DNA of 64,000 bases from Dendrobates tinctorius (Eukaryota), in the NCBI RefSeq assembly GCF_039654945.1, contig NW_027361698.1, positions 22,940,001 through 23,004,000 on the forward strand. The letters are read 5' to 3'. The stretch's first letter is position 1. Every line of letters begins with the position of its first letter. Below are positions 52,767 through 64,000 of the stretch, one piece after another. Position numbers and translations under genes: made by a program. A model generated the notes under the pieces. It was given only the letters and a program-made list of their open reading frames with translations. It was not told the origin of the DNA and did no database searches.

Positions 52767-53835
52767 AATCAGTTAACCTGCTAGAGAGATCCTTCGTTGC
52801 TCCCAAGCATGACATCACACTCCCTAGGAAGAAGGTAATGTCACTGTGGCGACCGTACTCCTGGGCGCGACACAAGTGCACTGATGCCCAGCCACTGCTC
52901 GATGAATCTGCTGGTACATTGACCCAGACCACTACATTCCCCTCGCACGCTACACGGCCTGAATCTGACCCTGATGAAACTCAGGTTACCCTTACCATAT
53001 ACAGTTCCATCTTACACGGTGACAAAGAGGAAGCTGCAGATGAAAGTGCAGGTTCGGCCCACCCGCCATCAGACACACCACCGTACTATCAGGGGCCCTG
53101 TGCCAGTGCCGTCGCCAACGAGTGGGCCCCCCCTGCTTGCTCAGGATCACAGCACTTGCAAAGTTGAAATACTGTGCAGTGAGATGGAAGATGGGGACGA
53201 CGAGGAGTCCAGACAAGTACAGGGATTCCCTAGCGAGGAGACTTATTTGATTGTTTTCAATGTTGGGACAGCAATTTTTGGGGAGCACTATACTCTGGAG
53301 AATGATAGATGGGGCCCACCATACACTGGAACATTCCAAAGGTGGACATCAGACACTGGAGCAGCATTTACAGGGCCCATTATACACTAGAGCATTAGAA
53401 ATGGGGCCCATTATGTTTGGAGCATTATTTGGGCCCATAAGACAGTGGAGCTTCATCCATGGGGACCAACATATACTGTAGCATTATGTGGAGCTCATCA
53501 TATACTGTTTCAAACATTATATGGGACCAATGATTCTGTATGGAGAAATAGATGGGCCTCGTCATGAGATGTAAAAAGTGAAGTATTTTTCATTGTACTA
53601 TACCGCTATTTCTCTGCCGTATCGGAGCATGATGAGTTGTGGTATGTGTTAAAGGGGCGCTCTTTCGCCCAGGGCACATGAAAACCTGGAGCCAGCCCTA
53701 CCCCCCCACAACTTTAGCCAAATAACTCCCATTTTTCAGTGCGTAACTTGTATTATGAAGTTAATTAAGGTTGACAAGCTTAAGTAAGAAGAATTGATGC
53801 TTTTGGCATTCAAATGGGCACTGTTGGTGTGTTAT

Positions 53836-56800
53836 TTAGCGGACACCATGTCGCGTTTGGAGAGCCCCTGTGTGCCTAAACATTGGAGCTCCCCCACAAG
53901 TGACCCCATTTTGGAAACTAGACCCCCCAAGGAACTTATCTACATGCATAGTGATCACTTTGAACCCCCAGGTGCTTCACAAATTGATCGGTAAAAAAAA
54001 AAGTACTTTTTTTTCCACAAAAATTTTCTTTTAGCCTCAGTTTTTTCATTTTCACATGGGCAACAGGATAAAATGGATCCTAAAATTTGTTGGGCAATTT
54101 CTCCTGAATACATCGATACCTCATATGTCATCATAAACCACTGTTTGGGCGCACGACAGGGTCCGTAAGTGAAGGAGCGCTATTTGACTTTTTGAGTGGA
54201 AAATTAGCTCCAATCGTTATCGGACGCCATGTCGCGTTTGGCGAGCCCCTGTGTGCCTAAACATTGAAAACTCCCACAATTGACCCCATTTTGGAAACTA
54301 GACCCCTTATGGATCTTACCTAGATGTGTAGTGAGCACTTTGAACCTCCAGGTGCTTCACAGAAGTTTATAACGCAGAGCAGTGAAAATAAAAAATCATT
54401 TTTTTCCTCAAAAATGATATTTTAGCACGCTATTTTTTATTTTCACAAGGGTAACAGGAGAAATTGGACCACAAAAGTTGTTGTGCAATGTGTTCTGAGT
54501 ACACCGATACCCCATATGTGGGGGGGAACCACTGTTTGGGCGCACGGCAGGGCTTAGAAGGGAAGGAGCGCCATTTGACTTTTTGAAATTAAAATTACCT
54601 CTAATCGTTAGCGGACACCATGTCGTGTTTGGAGAGCCCCTGTGTGCCTAATCATTGGAGCTCCCCCACAAATAACCCCATTTTGGAAACTAGACCCCCT
54701 AAGGAACTTTTCTAGATGCATAGTGAGCACTTAGAACCCCCAAGTGCTTCACAAAAGTTTATAACGCAGTGCCGTGAAAATAAAAAATATTTTTTTTAAC
54801 TCAAAAAATTATTTTTTAGTGCACAATTTCTTATTTTCACAAGGGTACCAGGAGAAACTGGACCCCAAAAGTTGTTGTCCAGTTTGTCCTGAGTACGCTG
54901 GTACCCCATATGTGGGTGGGGGCCACTGTTTGGGCACACGTCGGGCTCGGAAGGGAAGTAGTGACGTTTTGGAATGCAGACTTTGATGGAATTGTCTGCA
55001 GGCATCATGTTACATTTGCAGAGCCCTGATGTACCTAAACTGTGGAAACTCCCCACAAATAACCCCATTTTGAAAACTAGACCCCCTAAGGAACTTATCT
55101 AGCCTTTGGAGAGCCCCTAATGTACCTAAACAGTGGAAAAACCCCACAAATGACCCCATTTTGAAAACTAGACCCCTAAGGAACTTATCTAGATGTGAGG
55201 TGAGCACTTTGAACCCCCAAGGGCTTCACAGAAGTTTATAATGCCAGGGCATGAAAATAAAAAAATCGTATTTCTTCCACAAACATGATCAATTAGTCCC
55301 CAATTTTTTTATTTTCCCAAGGGTAACAGGAGAAATTGAACCCCAAAAGTTGTTGTCCAATTTGTCCTGAGTACGCTGACACCCCATATGTGGGAGAAAA
55401 CTGCTGTATGGACACACGTCAGGGCTCGGAAGGGAAGTAGTGACGTTTTGGAATGCAGACATTGATGGAATGGTCTGCGGGTGTCATGTTGCCTTTGGAG
55501 AGCCCCTAATGTACCTAAACAGTGGAAAACCCCCACAAATGACCCCATTTTGAAAACTAGACCCCCCAAGGAACTTATCTAGATGTGTGGTGAGCACTTT
55601 GAACCCCCAAGTGCTTCACAGAAGTTTATAACGCAGAGCCGTGAAAACAAAAAATCTTTTTTTTTGCTAAAAAAAAATGATTTTTAGCCAGCAATTTTTT
55701 TTCCACAAGGGTAACAGGATAAATTGGACCCCAAAAGTTGTTGTCCCGTTTGTCCTGAATACGCTGATACCCCATATGTGGGTGGGGACCACTGTTTGGG
55801 CACACGTCGTGGCTCGGAAGGGAAGTAGTGGCATTATGAAATGCAGACTTTGATGGAATGGTCTGTGGGCATCATGTTACATTTGCAGAGCCCCTGGTGT
55901 GCCTAAACTGTGGAAACCCCCCACAAGTGACCCCGTTTTGGAAACTAGACCCCCCAAGGAACTTTTCTAGATGTGTGGTGAGCACTTTGAACCCCCAAGT
56001 GCTTCACAAAAGTTTATAACGCAGTGCCGTGAAAATAAAAAATATTTTTTTTTAACTCAAAAAATTATTTTTTAGTGCACAATTTTTTATTTTCACAAGG
56101 GTACCAGGAGAAACTGGACCACAAAAGTTGTTGTCCAGTTTGTCCTGAGTACGCTGGTACCCCATATGTGGGTGGGGACCACTGTTTGGGCACACGTCGG
56201 GGCTTGGAAGGAAAGTAGTGACATTATGAAATGCTGACTTTGATGGAATGGTCTGCGGGCGTCATGTTGCATTTGCAGAGCCCCTGGTGTGCCTAAACTG
56301 TGGAACCCCCCCACAAGTGACCCCATTTTGGAAGTTAGACCCCCCAAGGAACTTATCTAGATGTGTGGTGAACACTTTGAATCCCCAAGTGCTTCACAGA
56401 AGTTTATAACGCAAAGCTGTGAAAATAAAAAATCATTTTTTTTCCTCAAAAAATTATTTTTTTAGCTCACAAATTTTTATTTTGCCAAGGGTAACAGGAG
56501 AAATTGGACCCCAAAAGTTGTTGTCCAGTTTGTCCTGAGTACACTGATACCCCATATGTGGGGAGGAACCATTGTTTGGGCGCACGTAAGGGCTGAGAAT
56601 GGAAGTAGTGACATTTTGAAATGCAGACTTTGATGGAAAGGTCTGCGGTCGTCGTTACGTTTGCAGAGCCCCTGATGTGCCTAAACAGTAGAAACCCCCA
56701 CAAGTGACCCCATTTTGGAAACTAGACCTTCCAAGGAACTTATCTAGATGTCTGGTGAGCACTTGGAACCTCCATGTGCTTCACAGACGTTTATAACGCA

Positions 56801-57090
56801 GAGACGTGAAAATAAAAAAATAATTTCTTTTCCAAAAAAATAATTTTTTAGCCCCAATTTTTTATTTTCCCAAGGGTAACAGGAGAAATTAGACCACCAA
56901 AGTTGTTGTGCAATTTTTCCTGAGTACGCTGATACCCCATATGTTGGGGTAAACCACTGTTTGGGCACACGTCGGGGCTTGGAAAGGAGGGAGCACCGTT
57001 TGACTTTTTGAAAGCAAAATTGGCTGGTATCAATGGTTGCACCATGTCGCGTTTAGAGACCCCCTGATGTGCCTAAACAGTGGAAACCCC
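53836..57090. repeat. ~390-bp tandem array (about 8 units)
   Basis: Anchor GAACTT(A/T)TCTA at ~53932, 54313, 54705, 55091 (with a partial duplicate at 55181), 55571, 55959, 56349 and 56735. Confidence 0.92.
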
Positions 57091-57094
57091 ATAA

Positions 57095-57546
57095 TTCTAA
57101 CTCCAACCCTAACCCCAACACACCCCTAACCACAACCCTAACCCCAACACATCCCTAACCCTAATCCCAACCCTAACCATAACCCTAACCCCAACACACC
57201 CCTAACCCTATCCGTAACCCTAATTCCAACCCTAACCCTAATTCCAACTCTAACCCTAATTCCAACCCTAACCCTAGTTCTAACCCTAACCCTAATTCCA
57301 ACCCTAACCCTAATTCCACTCTAACCCTAATTCCATCCCTAACCCTAATTCCAACCCTAACCCTAATTCCAACCCTAACCCTAATTCCAACTCTAACCCT
57401 CTTTCCAACTCTAACCCTAACCCTCTTTCCAACCCTAACCCTAACCCTCTTTCCAACCCTAACCCTCTTTCCAACCCTAACCCTAACCTTCTTTCCAACC
57501 CTAACCCTAACCCTAACCCTCTTTCCAACCCTAACCCTAACCCTAA
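57095..57546 (-). repeat. Interstitial telomere-like (CCCTAA)n tract with TTCCAA/CCCTCT variant higher-order units
   Basis: Read directly. Confidence 0.95.
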
Positions 57547-58314
57547 TGGAAAAATAAAAATAAAAATAATTTCTTTATTTTATTAGTTGATCCTGCTTAT
57601 GGGGGTGATAAACGGGGGGGATTATTTACTTTTCATTCTATTTTGATCACTGTGAGAGTTTATCACAGTGATCATAATAGAATGAAGGGAAATTGCAGCC
57701 GGCGGGCGGATTGCGCATGCGCCCGCCATTTTCAAGATGGCGGCGCCCATGGTCCGGGACCGCGGGACACCGGGAGGCGGAGGGGGACATCGGAGGTACC
57801 TGGGGGGGTTGGAAGGTGGGGGGAGCACAGAGAAGGGGAAGGGGAGCCGATGATGACGGCGTGAGCCGTGGGGGGGTGGGATCACGGTCTCCAGCCATGT
57901 CCGATGCTACTGCAGCATCGGCCATGGCTGGATTGTAATATTTCATCAATTTTCATTGATGAAATATTACTATCGCTCTGATTGGCTGTTTCACTTTTAA
58001 CAGCCAATCAGAGCGATCGTAGCCATGTGGGGGCGAAGCCACGCCCCCTGTGGTGAAGAACAAAGCCCCCTGTCGGGTGACCTTTCAGTGACCTAGGTCA
58101 CCCGACCCACAGGGGGGCTTTAAAGTCATGACGCCACATAGGCGTCATGGGTCGTTCTGGCGCGACTTTTCATGATGCCTACGTGGCGTCAAAGGTTGTG
58201 AAGGGGTTAAATGGTATTAGCTAGCCATTCCCTTTTCTGGGAAAATGACATAACATAATGAAAATACATCAAATATGCATATATGTACATAGGTGTGAAA
58301 AAAATGCTGTAAGG

Positions 58315-58862
58315 TAATAATAATAATATAATAATAAATTTTATTTCTATAGCGCCGACATATTCCGCAACACTTTACATTTCAGAGGGGACTTGTACAG
58401 ACAATAGACATTACAGAATAACAATAATCACATAGATCATAACAGATACCAAGAGGAATGAGGGCCCTGCTCGCAATCTATGAGGAAAAAGGTAGACACG
58501 AAAGGTGGGTGGTAACAATTGCCCTGATTGTTTGGACCAGCCATAATATTAAGTGTGTAACAGTGCAGACACAGAGGACTAATGGATGCATAAAGCATGT
58601 GGCAACATGATGCGGGGAACCTGGTTATGGTAAAACTTTTGGCTGTGCCACACAGGGATAGTTAGGTTAATGTGTTGAGGCGGTAGGCCAGTCTGAATAA
58701 ATGTGCTTTCAGGGCACACTTAAAATTGTAGGGATTGGGGACTAATCGTATGGACCTGGGAAGTGCATTCCAAAGAATTGGCGCAGCACGTGTAAAGTCT
58801 TGGAGACGGGAGTGGGAGGTTCTGATTATTGAGGATGCTAACCTCAGGTTATCAGCAGAACA
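58315..58862 (-). mobile_element. L2-clade LINE 3' end
   Basis: Minus strand SRLQDFTRAAPILWNALPRSIR...FKCALKAHLFRLAY (L2 ORF2 C-terminus), followed by 3' UTR and a (TTA)n tail. Confidence 0.8.
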
Positions 58863-58986
58863 GATTGTTAAAGTAAGGTAAGAACAATTTCAAAAATAAA
58901 AGTTTTATTAGATTGTTTTTTACATTATATTTATAGTACTGTGCAAAATTTTTAGGCAGGTGTGCTGCAAAGTAAGAACAGTTTTA

Positions 58987-60826
58987 AACGCTTTATGACA
59001 TATGATATATACAGCGCTGCAGGGCTGCGTTCCCACAAACCGCTCTGTATATACGAAATGATTGTGTGAGCTCACACTGAGTATCGCTGCTATCGAATGC
59101 GGGTGTCAGCTCTGAGAGCTCTCACCCTGCAGCAACGACAATGATTGGTGCAAGCACCGATCACAAATGTTTAACCCCTCTGATGCCACTGTTAATAGTG
59201 ACAGCGACATTGACGGGCATTGCAGCGGAGGGAGCTGTCTCTCTGCTCCCATCAGTACAACGTGATTGCGATCCATGGTGACACCGGGCTGAAAGATGGT
59301 CACGGCGTCACCCAAGGATGGCGGCCTTTAGGCTCCTGATCAAAGCAGGATCTGACATGCATCCTCCCTGCCTGCGACGATGCACAGATCTAATGCCCTG
59401 CAATGCAGAAGCGATCAGGGCAGGGACAATGTTAAAAAAGTTTAAAAAAAAAGTTATTAAAAATTGTAAAAATATTTTTAAAAAAATCCCAAAATAAAGA
59501 ACAAAAAAAATATTAATCCAATAAATACATTTATTTATGTGAAAACAAAAATAAACCAAAAAAGTACACATATGTGTATATAATATCGCTGCATCCGAAA
59601 TGACCCAACCAATAAAACTATCCCACTAATTAATGCCTTACATTAAAAAAAGATATAAATGATGCAAAAATCAATCTTTATCATCAGACAGCAAAACAAA
59701 AAGTGGAATAAACCGTGATTAAAAAGATGAATGTAAATAAAAAAGGTAACTGAAAACGTCATCTTGTCCCGCAATAAACAAGCCACCATACAGCTCCATC
59801 AGAGGAAAAATAAAAAAGTTATAGCTCTCAGAATAAAGAGATGAAAAAATATTTTTTTTCTCTAAAATAGTTTTTAATTTGTAAAAGTACCAAAACCAAA
59901 AAAAGATATAAATGTGGTATTGCTGCAATCGTACTGACCTCAAGCATACAGCTACCTTATCAATTTTACCAAACGTGGAACAGCATAAGAAACCCCACCA
60001 GAAAACAATTCCTTAATTGCTGACTTTTGTTCATTCTGCCTCCCAAAATTCGCAAAACAAAGCGATCAAAAAATGTCATGCGCCCGAAAATGGTACCAAG
60101 AATACGTCAACTCGTCCTGCAAAAAACAAGCCCTCACATGACTCTGTCAGCCGAAATATGGAAAAATGATAGCTATCTATATATGGGGATGCAAAACACG
60201 ATATTAATCTGGTATCGCTGAAATCCACCCGAAGAGTAAAGTCATCTAATCTCTTATACCGCAAGAAGAACAGCGTAAAAAATAAATAAAACCAATTCTT
60301 CATCTGATCTTGATTCATTCTGCCTCCCAAAAGATTGCCGTAAGGCTCAGCTAACATTTATCCTGCGTGCTATGCTGAGTGCTTACACTGCGATTTTCAT
60401 GTAAATCTTTGAAATACGTGATTCAAATGGAACCCCTGATGTAAGATACCCTATAAAGAGGCAGATGAGGTCACTGTGGACGAAATAAAACAAATTCTTT
60501 ACCTGCTGTTGATTCATTCTGCCTCCCAAATATTGCAGTAAGGCTCGGTTAGCATTAATCCTGCGCGCTATGCTTAGAGCACAGGATAAATGTGATCTAA
60601 AATTTTATGTAAAATGTTCCTAACAAAAGCTTCAACTCAATTCACAAAAAATGCAAGTCCGCACTCAGGTTCTTCATCTGTTAATGGAAATATGCGGGGC
60701 TTCCAAGTTACTGGTAGTACAAAGGCTCTGGAGAAACACTATGGAACCCCACCCCCCCAAAGAAATTCAGCAAATTCTCTGCTCCCCAAACCAAATGCCC
60801 GTCTCCCTTCTGAGCCACAGTGTGCC
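58987..60826. mobile_element. Degenerate piggyBac-like non-autonomous element interrupted by the Harbinger insertion
   Basis: Colinear with 33920-35170; contains duplicated GATTCATTCTGCCTCCCAAA blocks. Confidence 0.6.
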
Positions 60827-61175
60827 TAAGGCTACTTTCACACTTCAGGTTTTCGGCGTCAGGCGCGATCCGGCGTCGTGCCGGAACGCCGGATCCGGCA
60901 AATGTTTAGTAAAACCGGATGTGACGGATCCGGTTTTCTGCCGGATCCATCTTTTTCTTGACAGACAAAACCGGATCCGTCTCATCCGGTTCATCCGTTT
61001 TTCTATCCGTTTTTCGACGGATTACGCCGGATCCGGTTTTTAAAATTGACCCTTGTGGCCTTCCGAACGGGATTGGCTACTGGAAAACTATATATAGCAT
61101 GTTCCTACAGCCCTTCTTTGACAGGTTGTAGAGGAGAAAGTGCAGGTTGGAGAGAAGAGCAAGTTACTGGCGAAG

Positions 61176-62558
61176 ATGGATGTTGTCATTGGAAATATTT
61201 TGAAGAATTTGGCGGATTTTATAGCGGAGGCGAATCGTTTGAGGGTGATTGTTCTGGAGAAGGAGAGAGCGAGACAGCAGCGCATCAGGCATCGTAGACG
61301 ACGTTTGTGGATCCACCCCATCACAGCCAAGAGAATGACGCGTGGGGTCTATTCTACACTCTGCATGGACCTTCGACGAAACCTGGATAAATTTTTTGGA
61401 TATGTTAGGATGAAAATGGAGAATTTTGATTACTTGGTGGAGCGCATTGCACACCTCATAAGAAAAGCGGACACCTATTGCCGCTTCTCTGTTTCACCCG
61501 CAGAGCGTCTGATGGTGACTTTAAGGTAAGCCACATTTATTGGATGTGATCGCATCAGAGCACACTTTCACTGCAATCTTGTTGGTGGTAGTTTGTATCT
61601 CCAAGTGTTATAGCTCAGTTTTGGTATGTAATGCTGTGATTTAAAACTAATTTATTGTTTTTTAATTCCCCACAGATTTCTTGCAACTGGAGAATCCCTT
61701 TCGTCACTGCATTTCCAGTACAGACTCAGGATTTCCACCATATCTGGAATAGTGAAGTACACATGCCGTGCACTGTGGGACTCCTTAGCTGAAGAGTTTT
61801 TACCAGAGCCCACAACAGAGAGGTGGATTGAAATTGCTGACAAGTTTCAACAGATATGTCAGTTTCCCAACTGCTTGGGCGCTGTGGACGGGAAACATAT
61901 CCGCATTGTAAAGCCAGCTGGATCGGGATCGGAATATTTAAATTACAAGAAATATTTTTCAATTGTCCTCATGGCCATCGCTGACGCGGAATGCAAATTT
62001 ATTGCGGTTGATATTGGGGCCTATGGCCGCTCCAATGACTCTCAAGTTTTCAAACTGTCTGCCATGGGGCGTAAACTGTATGGAAACACCTTCCAGTTCC
62101 CACCACCTAGACCGCTGCCGCAAACATCTGGTCCACCTATGCCATTTGTCTGTGTAGGGGATGAAGCCTTCCAGCTGTCAGAACACCTTTTGAAACCGTA
62201 CTCTAGCAGAGGATTGACAAGACCAAAACGCATTTTTAATTACCGCCTCACAAGAGCAAGAAGAATGGTTGAATGTACCTTTGGTATTCTGACAGCCAAA
62301 TGGCGGGTCCTATTGACTGCGATCAACCTCAAGACAGAAACTGTGGACGAGGTGATCAAAGCGTGCGTGGTACTCCACAATTTTGTTATCTGCAAGGAAC
62401 CCATTTCCATTGAGGACACCTCTGAAGAAACCACCTTGCAAGATTACCATGACATTACCACTAGAAGTTCTGTGACGGTTTCAGTAATGAGGGACAATTT
62501 TGCACTATACTTTATGTCACCTCAAGGCAGAGTACACTGGCAGGATGACAGAGTGTGA
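61176..62558 (+). CDS. Harbinger DDE transposase, 2 exons (61176-61525, 61676-62558), 410 aa, intact
   Basis: A GTAAG...CACAG intron (150 bp, branch-like AACTAAT) restores TLR|FLATGES. Catalytic motifs GAVDGKHI, VGDEAF and RRMVECTFG; no stops. Confidence 0.9.
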
Positions 62559-63043
62559 AAGATTTGTGCCCAACCAAACTTGTGTACCTTCTGTACCAAC
62601 AGTATATACCTTTGCCAACCAAAGTTGGCTATCTTGTCATGGTCTCTATTTTTAGCTTTAGGCCACAGGTGTGTACCTGGTTGTGTTTTATGCAAAGTAT
62701 TTCACCTTTTAACAAAAGTTGTGTACATTGTTATGAAATCACCAACAATAAACACAACTTTTTAGGTGAAATACTTTGCTTCAAACACAACCAGGAACAC
62801 AACTGTGGCAAAAAGCTAAAATTTACCCACAGTTATATACCTAGTTTTGAATACCATTTCACCTTTTAAATACCCTGTATTTAACCTTTTTCGCCGCAGA
62901 AAGAAATGACAGACAACCAGTGTAAAATAATTTAACTTTTATTGAAAAATGTTTTTTTTAGTAAACTTTTTTAAAATTTTAATAAACTTGTTTAATAAAG
63001 CTTTGAAACCATAAAACTGGTCATTTTTATTTAAATACACACA

Positions 63044-64000
63044 TTATAAATTTGTGTAGTGTGTGGTGGAAATACTGCTGGAGGGACTGCGGGACACTTC
63101 GACACTGGGAGTGTGGAGAGAGGACTGGGATCGTGGTGGGGAAGGAACAGTTAGAGGTGAAGGTGTGGAAAAAACTACCGAATGGGTGGACATGTGGGAA
63201 GCAGAAGAGGTGGTGGGTGGTGGAGTGGAGGGTTGGGCAGGGACTGTAGGAGCAGATGATGTTGATGGCAAGTTGTATGGGGAAGGAGTTTGGTACGGGG
63301 CAGGTTGCTGGAAGTGGGGAGATGTCTGGTACGGGGCAGGTTGCTGGAAGTGGGGAGATGTCTGGTACGGGGCAGGTTGCTGGAAGTGGGGAGATGTCTG
63401 GTACGGGGCAGGTTGCTGGAAGTGGGGAGATGTCTGGTACTGGGGAGGTTGCTGGTACTGGGGAGTTTGCAGGTACTGGGGAGGTTGCTGGTACTGGGGA
63501 GGTTGCTGGTACTGGGAAGGTTGCTGGTACTGGGGAGGTTGCTGGTACTGGGGAGGTTGCTGGTACTGGGGAGGTTGCTGGTGCTGGGGAGGTTGCTGGT
63601 GCTGGGGAGGTGGATGGTGCTGGGGAGGTGGATGGTGCTGGGGAGGTGGATGGTATGTAATAGGAGGGGGAGGATGGAAAGTGGCTGGAGGGGGTGTAGA
63701 TGTAATAGGAGGGGGAGGATGGAAAGTGGCTGGAGGGGGTGTAGATGTAATAGGAGGGGAGGATGGAAAGTGGCTGGAGGGGGTGCAGGTGGAGGAACTA
63801 CTGTGGTGGGAGGAGGAGGTTGGGAGGTAACTTGCTGGAGAGCAGCGTGGCATGAATGCATTACATGCATCTGCTTGGCAGGAGAGAGCGTTTCCATGCG
63901 CTCCACAACAGACCTGAAAAAGGTGTGGTTTGGCGAAGATCTTGCTTCTGAATGCATGGTTTGCAGAAGTGTCTTCACCTCCAGAATGCTGGAGTTGATC
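63044..64000 (-). CDS. 3' part of the Harbinger second gene (presumed MADF/Myb-like partner) with BESS-like motif and Pro/Gln tandem repeats; one frameshift
   Basis: Convergent to the transposase. NHTFFRSVVERMETLSPAKQMHV resembles a BESS motif. Repeats QYQQPP (18 nt), HFQQPAPYQTSP (36 nt) and PPPITSTPPPATFHP (45 nt). A 1-nt-short G run lies at ~63756-63759. The N-terminal DNA-binding domain is not in the window. Confidence 0.7.
   Translation of the reverse strand, partial: DQLQHSGGEDTSANHAFRSKIFAKPHLFQVCCGAHGNALSCQADACNAFMPRCSPASYLPTSSSHHSSSSTCTPSSHFPSSPPITSTPPPATFHPPPPITSTPPPATFHPPPPITYHPPPQHHPPPQHHPPPQHQQPPQHQQPPQYQQPPQYQQPPQYQQPSQYQQPPQYQQPPQYLQTPQYQQPPQYQTSPHFQQPAPYQTSPHFQQPAPYQTSPHFQQPAPYQTSPHFQQPAPYQTPSPYNLPSTSSAPTVPAQPSTPPPTTSSASHMSTHSVVFSTPSPLTVPSPPRSQSSLHTPSVEVSRSPSSSISTTHYTNL

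Larger units (their letters stand above)
46461..53830 (+). mobile_element. hAT (Ac/ZBED-type) element, right TIR not found
   Basis: Left TIR TAGAGCTGAGCGAAAC interrupts the host arm; transposase pseudogene inside. The right boundary is approximate, set where the host array resumes. Confidence 0.8.
46088..58206 (+). mobile_element. piggyBac-like non-autonomous element hosting the hAT insertion
   Basis: TTAA|CCCCTTCATGAC ... GTTGTGAAGGGG|TTAA. The left arm matches 2272/14953; the array and telomere-like tract follow after 53836. Confidence 0.8.
60830..64000 (+). mobile_element. Autonomous-type PIF/Harbinger transposon (right end outside window)
   Basis: TAA|GGCTACTTTCACAC terminus; subterminal CCGGATCCG repeats (60870-61036); two convergent genes. 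Confidence 0.9.

Noticed and set aside
57310-57528. GLGLEL-repeat ORF
   Set aside because: It is a translation of the telomere-like tract.
61176-62558. Host HARBI1 gene
   Set aside because: The TIR, TAA target site and convergent partner gene indicate a transposon copy.
63063-63830. 255-aa Gly/Trp/Cys-rich ORF on the plus strand
   Set aside because: It is the antisense shadow of the repeat-rich Harbinger partner gene.

Overview
This window is repeat-dense, non-genic eukaryotic DNA. It is most likely from an anuran amphibian, inferred from the mix of Tc1, Kolobok/T2-type MITEs, Harbinger, Penelope, V-SINE and L2 elements. No host protein-coding gene can be supported, and nearly all short ORFs in the track are artefacts of repeats. 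The window is a stack of nested mobile elements: four largely complete or partial Tc1 copies plus remnants, a disrupted Ac/ZBED-type hAT element and its MITE, an apparently intact intron-containing Harbinger transposase with its convergent partner gene, a non-autonomous Helitron, two probable solo LTRs, L1/L2/SINE fragments and Penelope-like pieces with minimal hammerhead motifs. Four observations stand out. (1) A 330-bp-period tandem unit at ~43955-44485 carries a type I hammerhead ribozyme plus octamer, SPH-like and CTCF-like motifs, resembling a newt satellite-2 / non-LTR retrozyme. (2) A family of large TTAA-flanked piggyBac-like non-autonomous elements carries a fixed cargo of a ~390-bp tandem array and a (TTAGGG)n tract. 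(3) A degenerate 18S rRNA fragment lies in the 3' region of the hAT element. (4) Three different Tc1 families inserted at mirror-image sites of one fold-back element. Family assignments come from motif recognition by eye, with no database searches.
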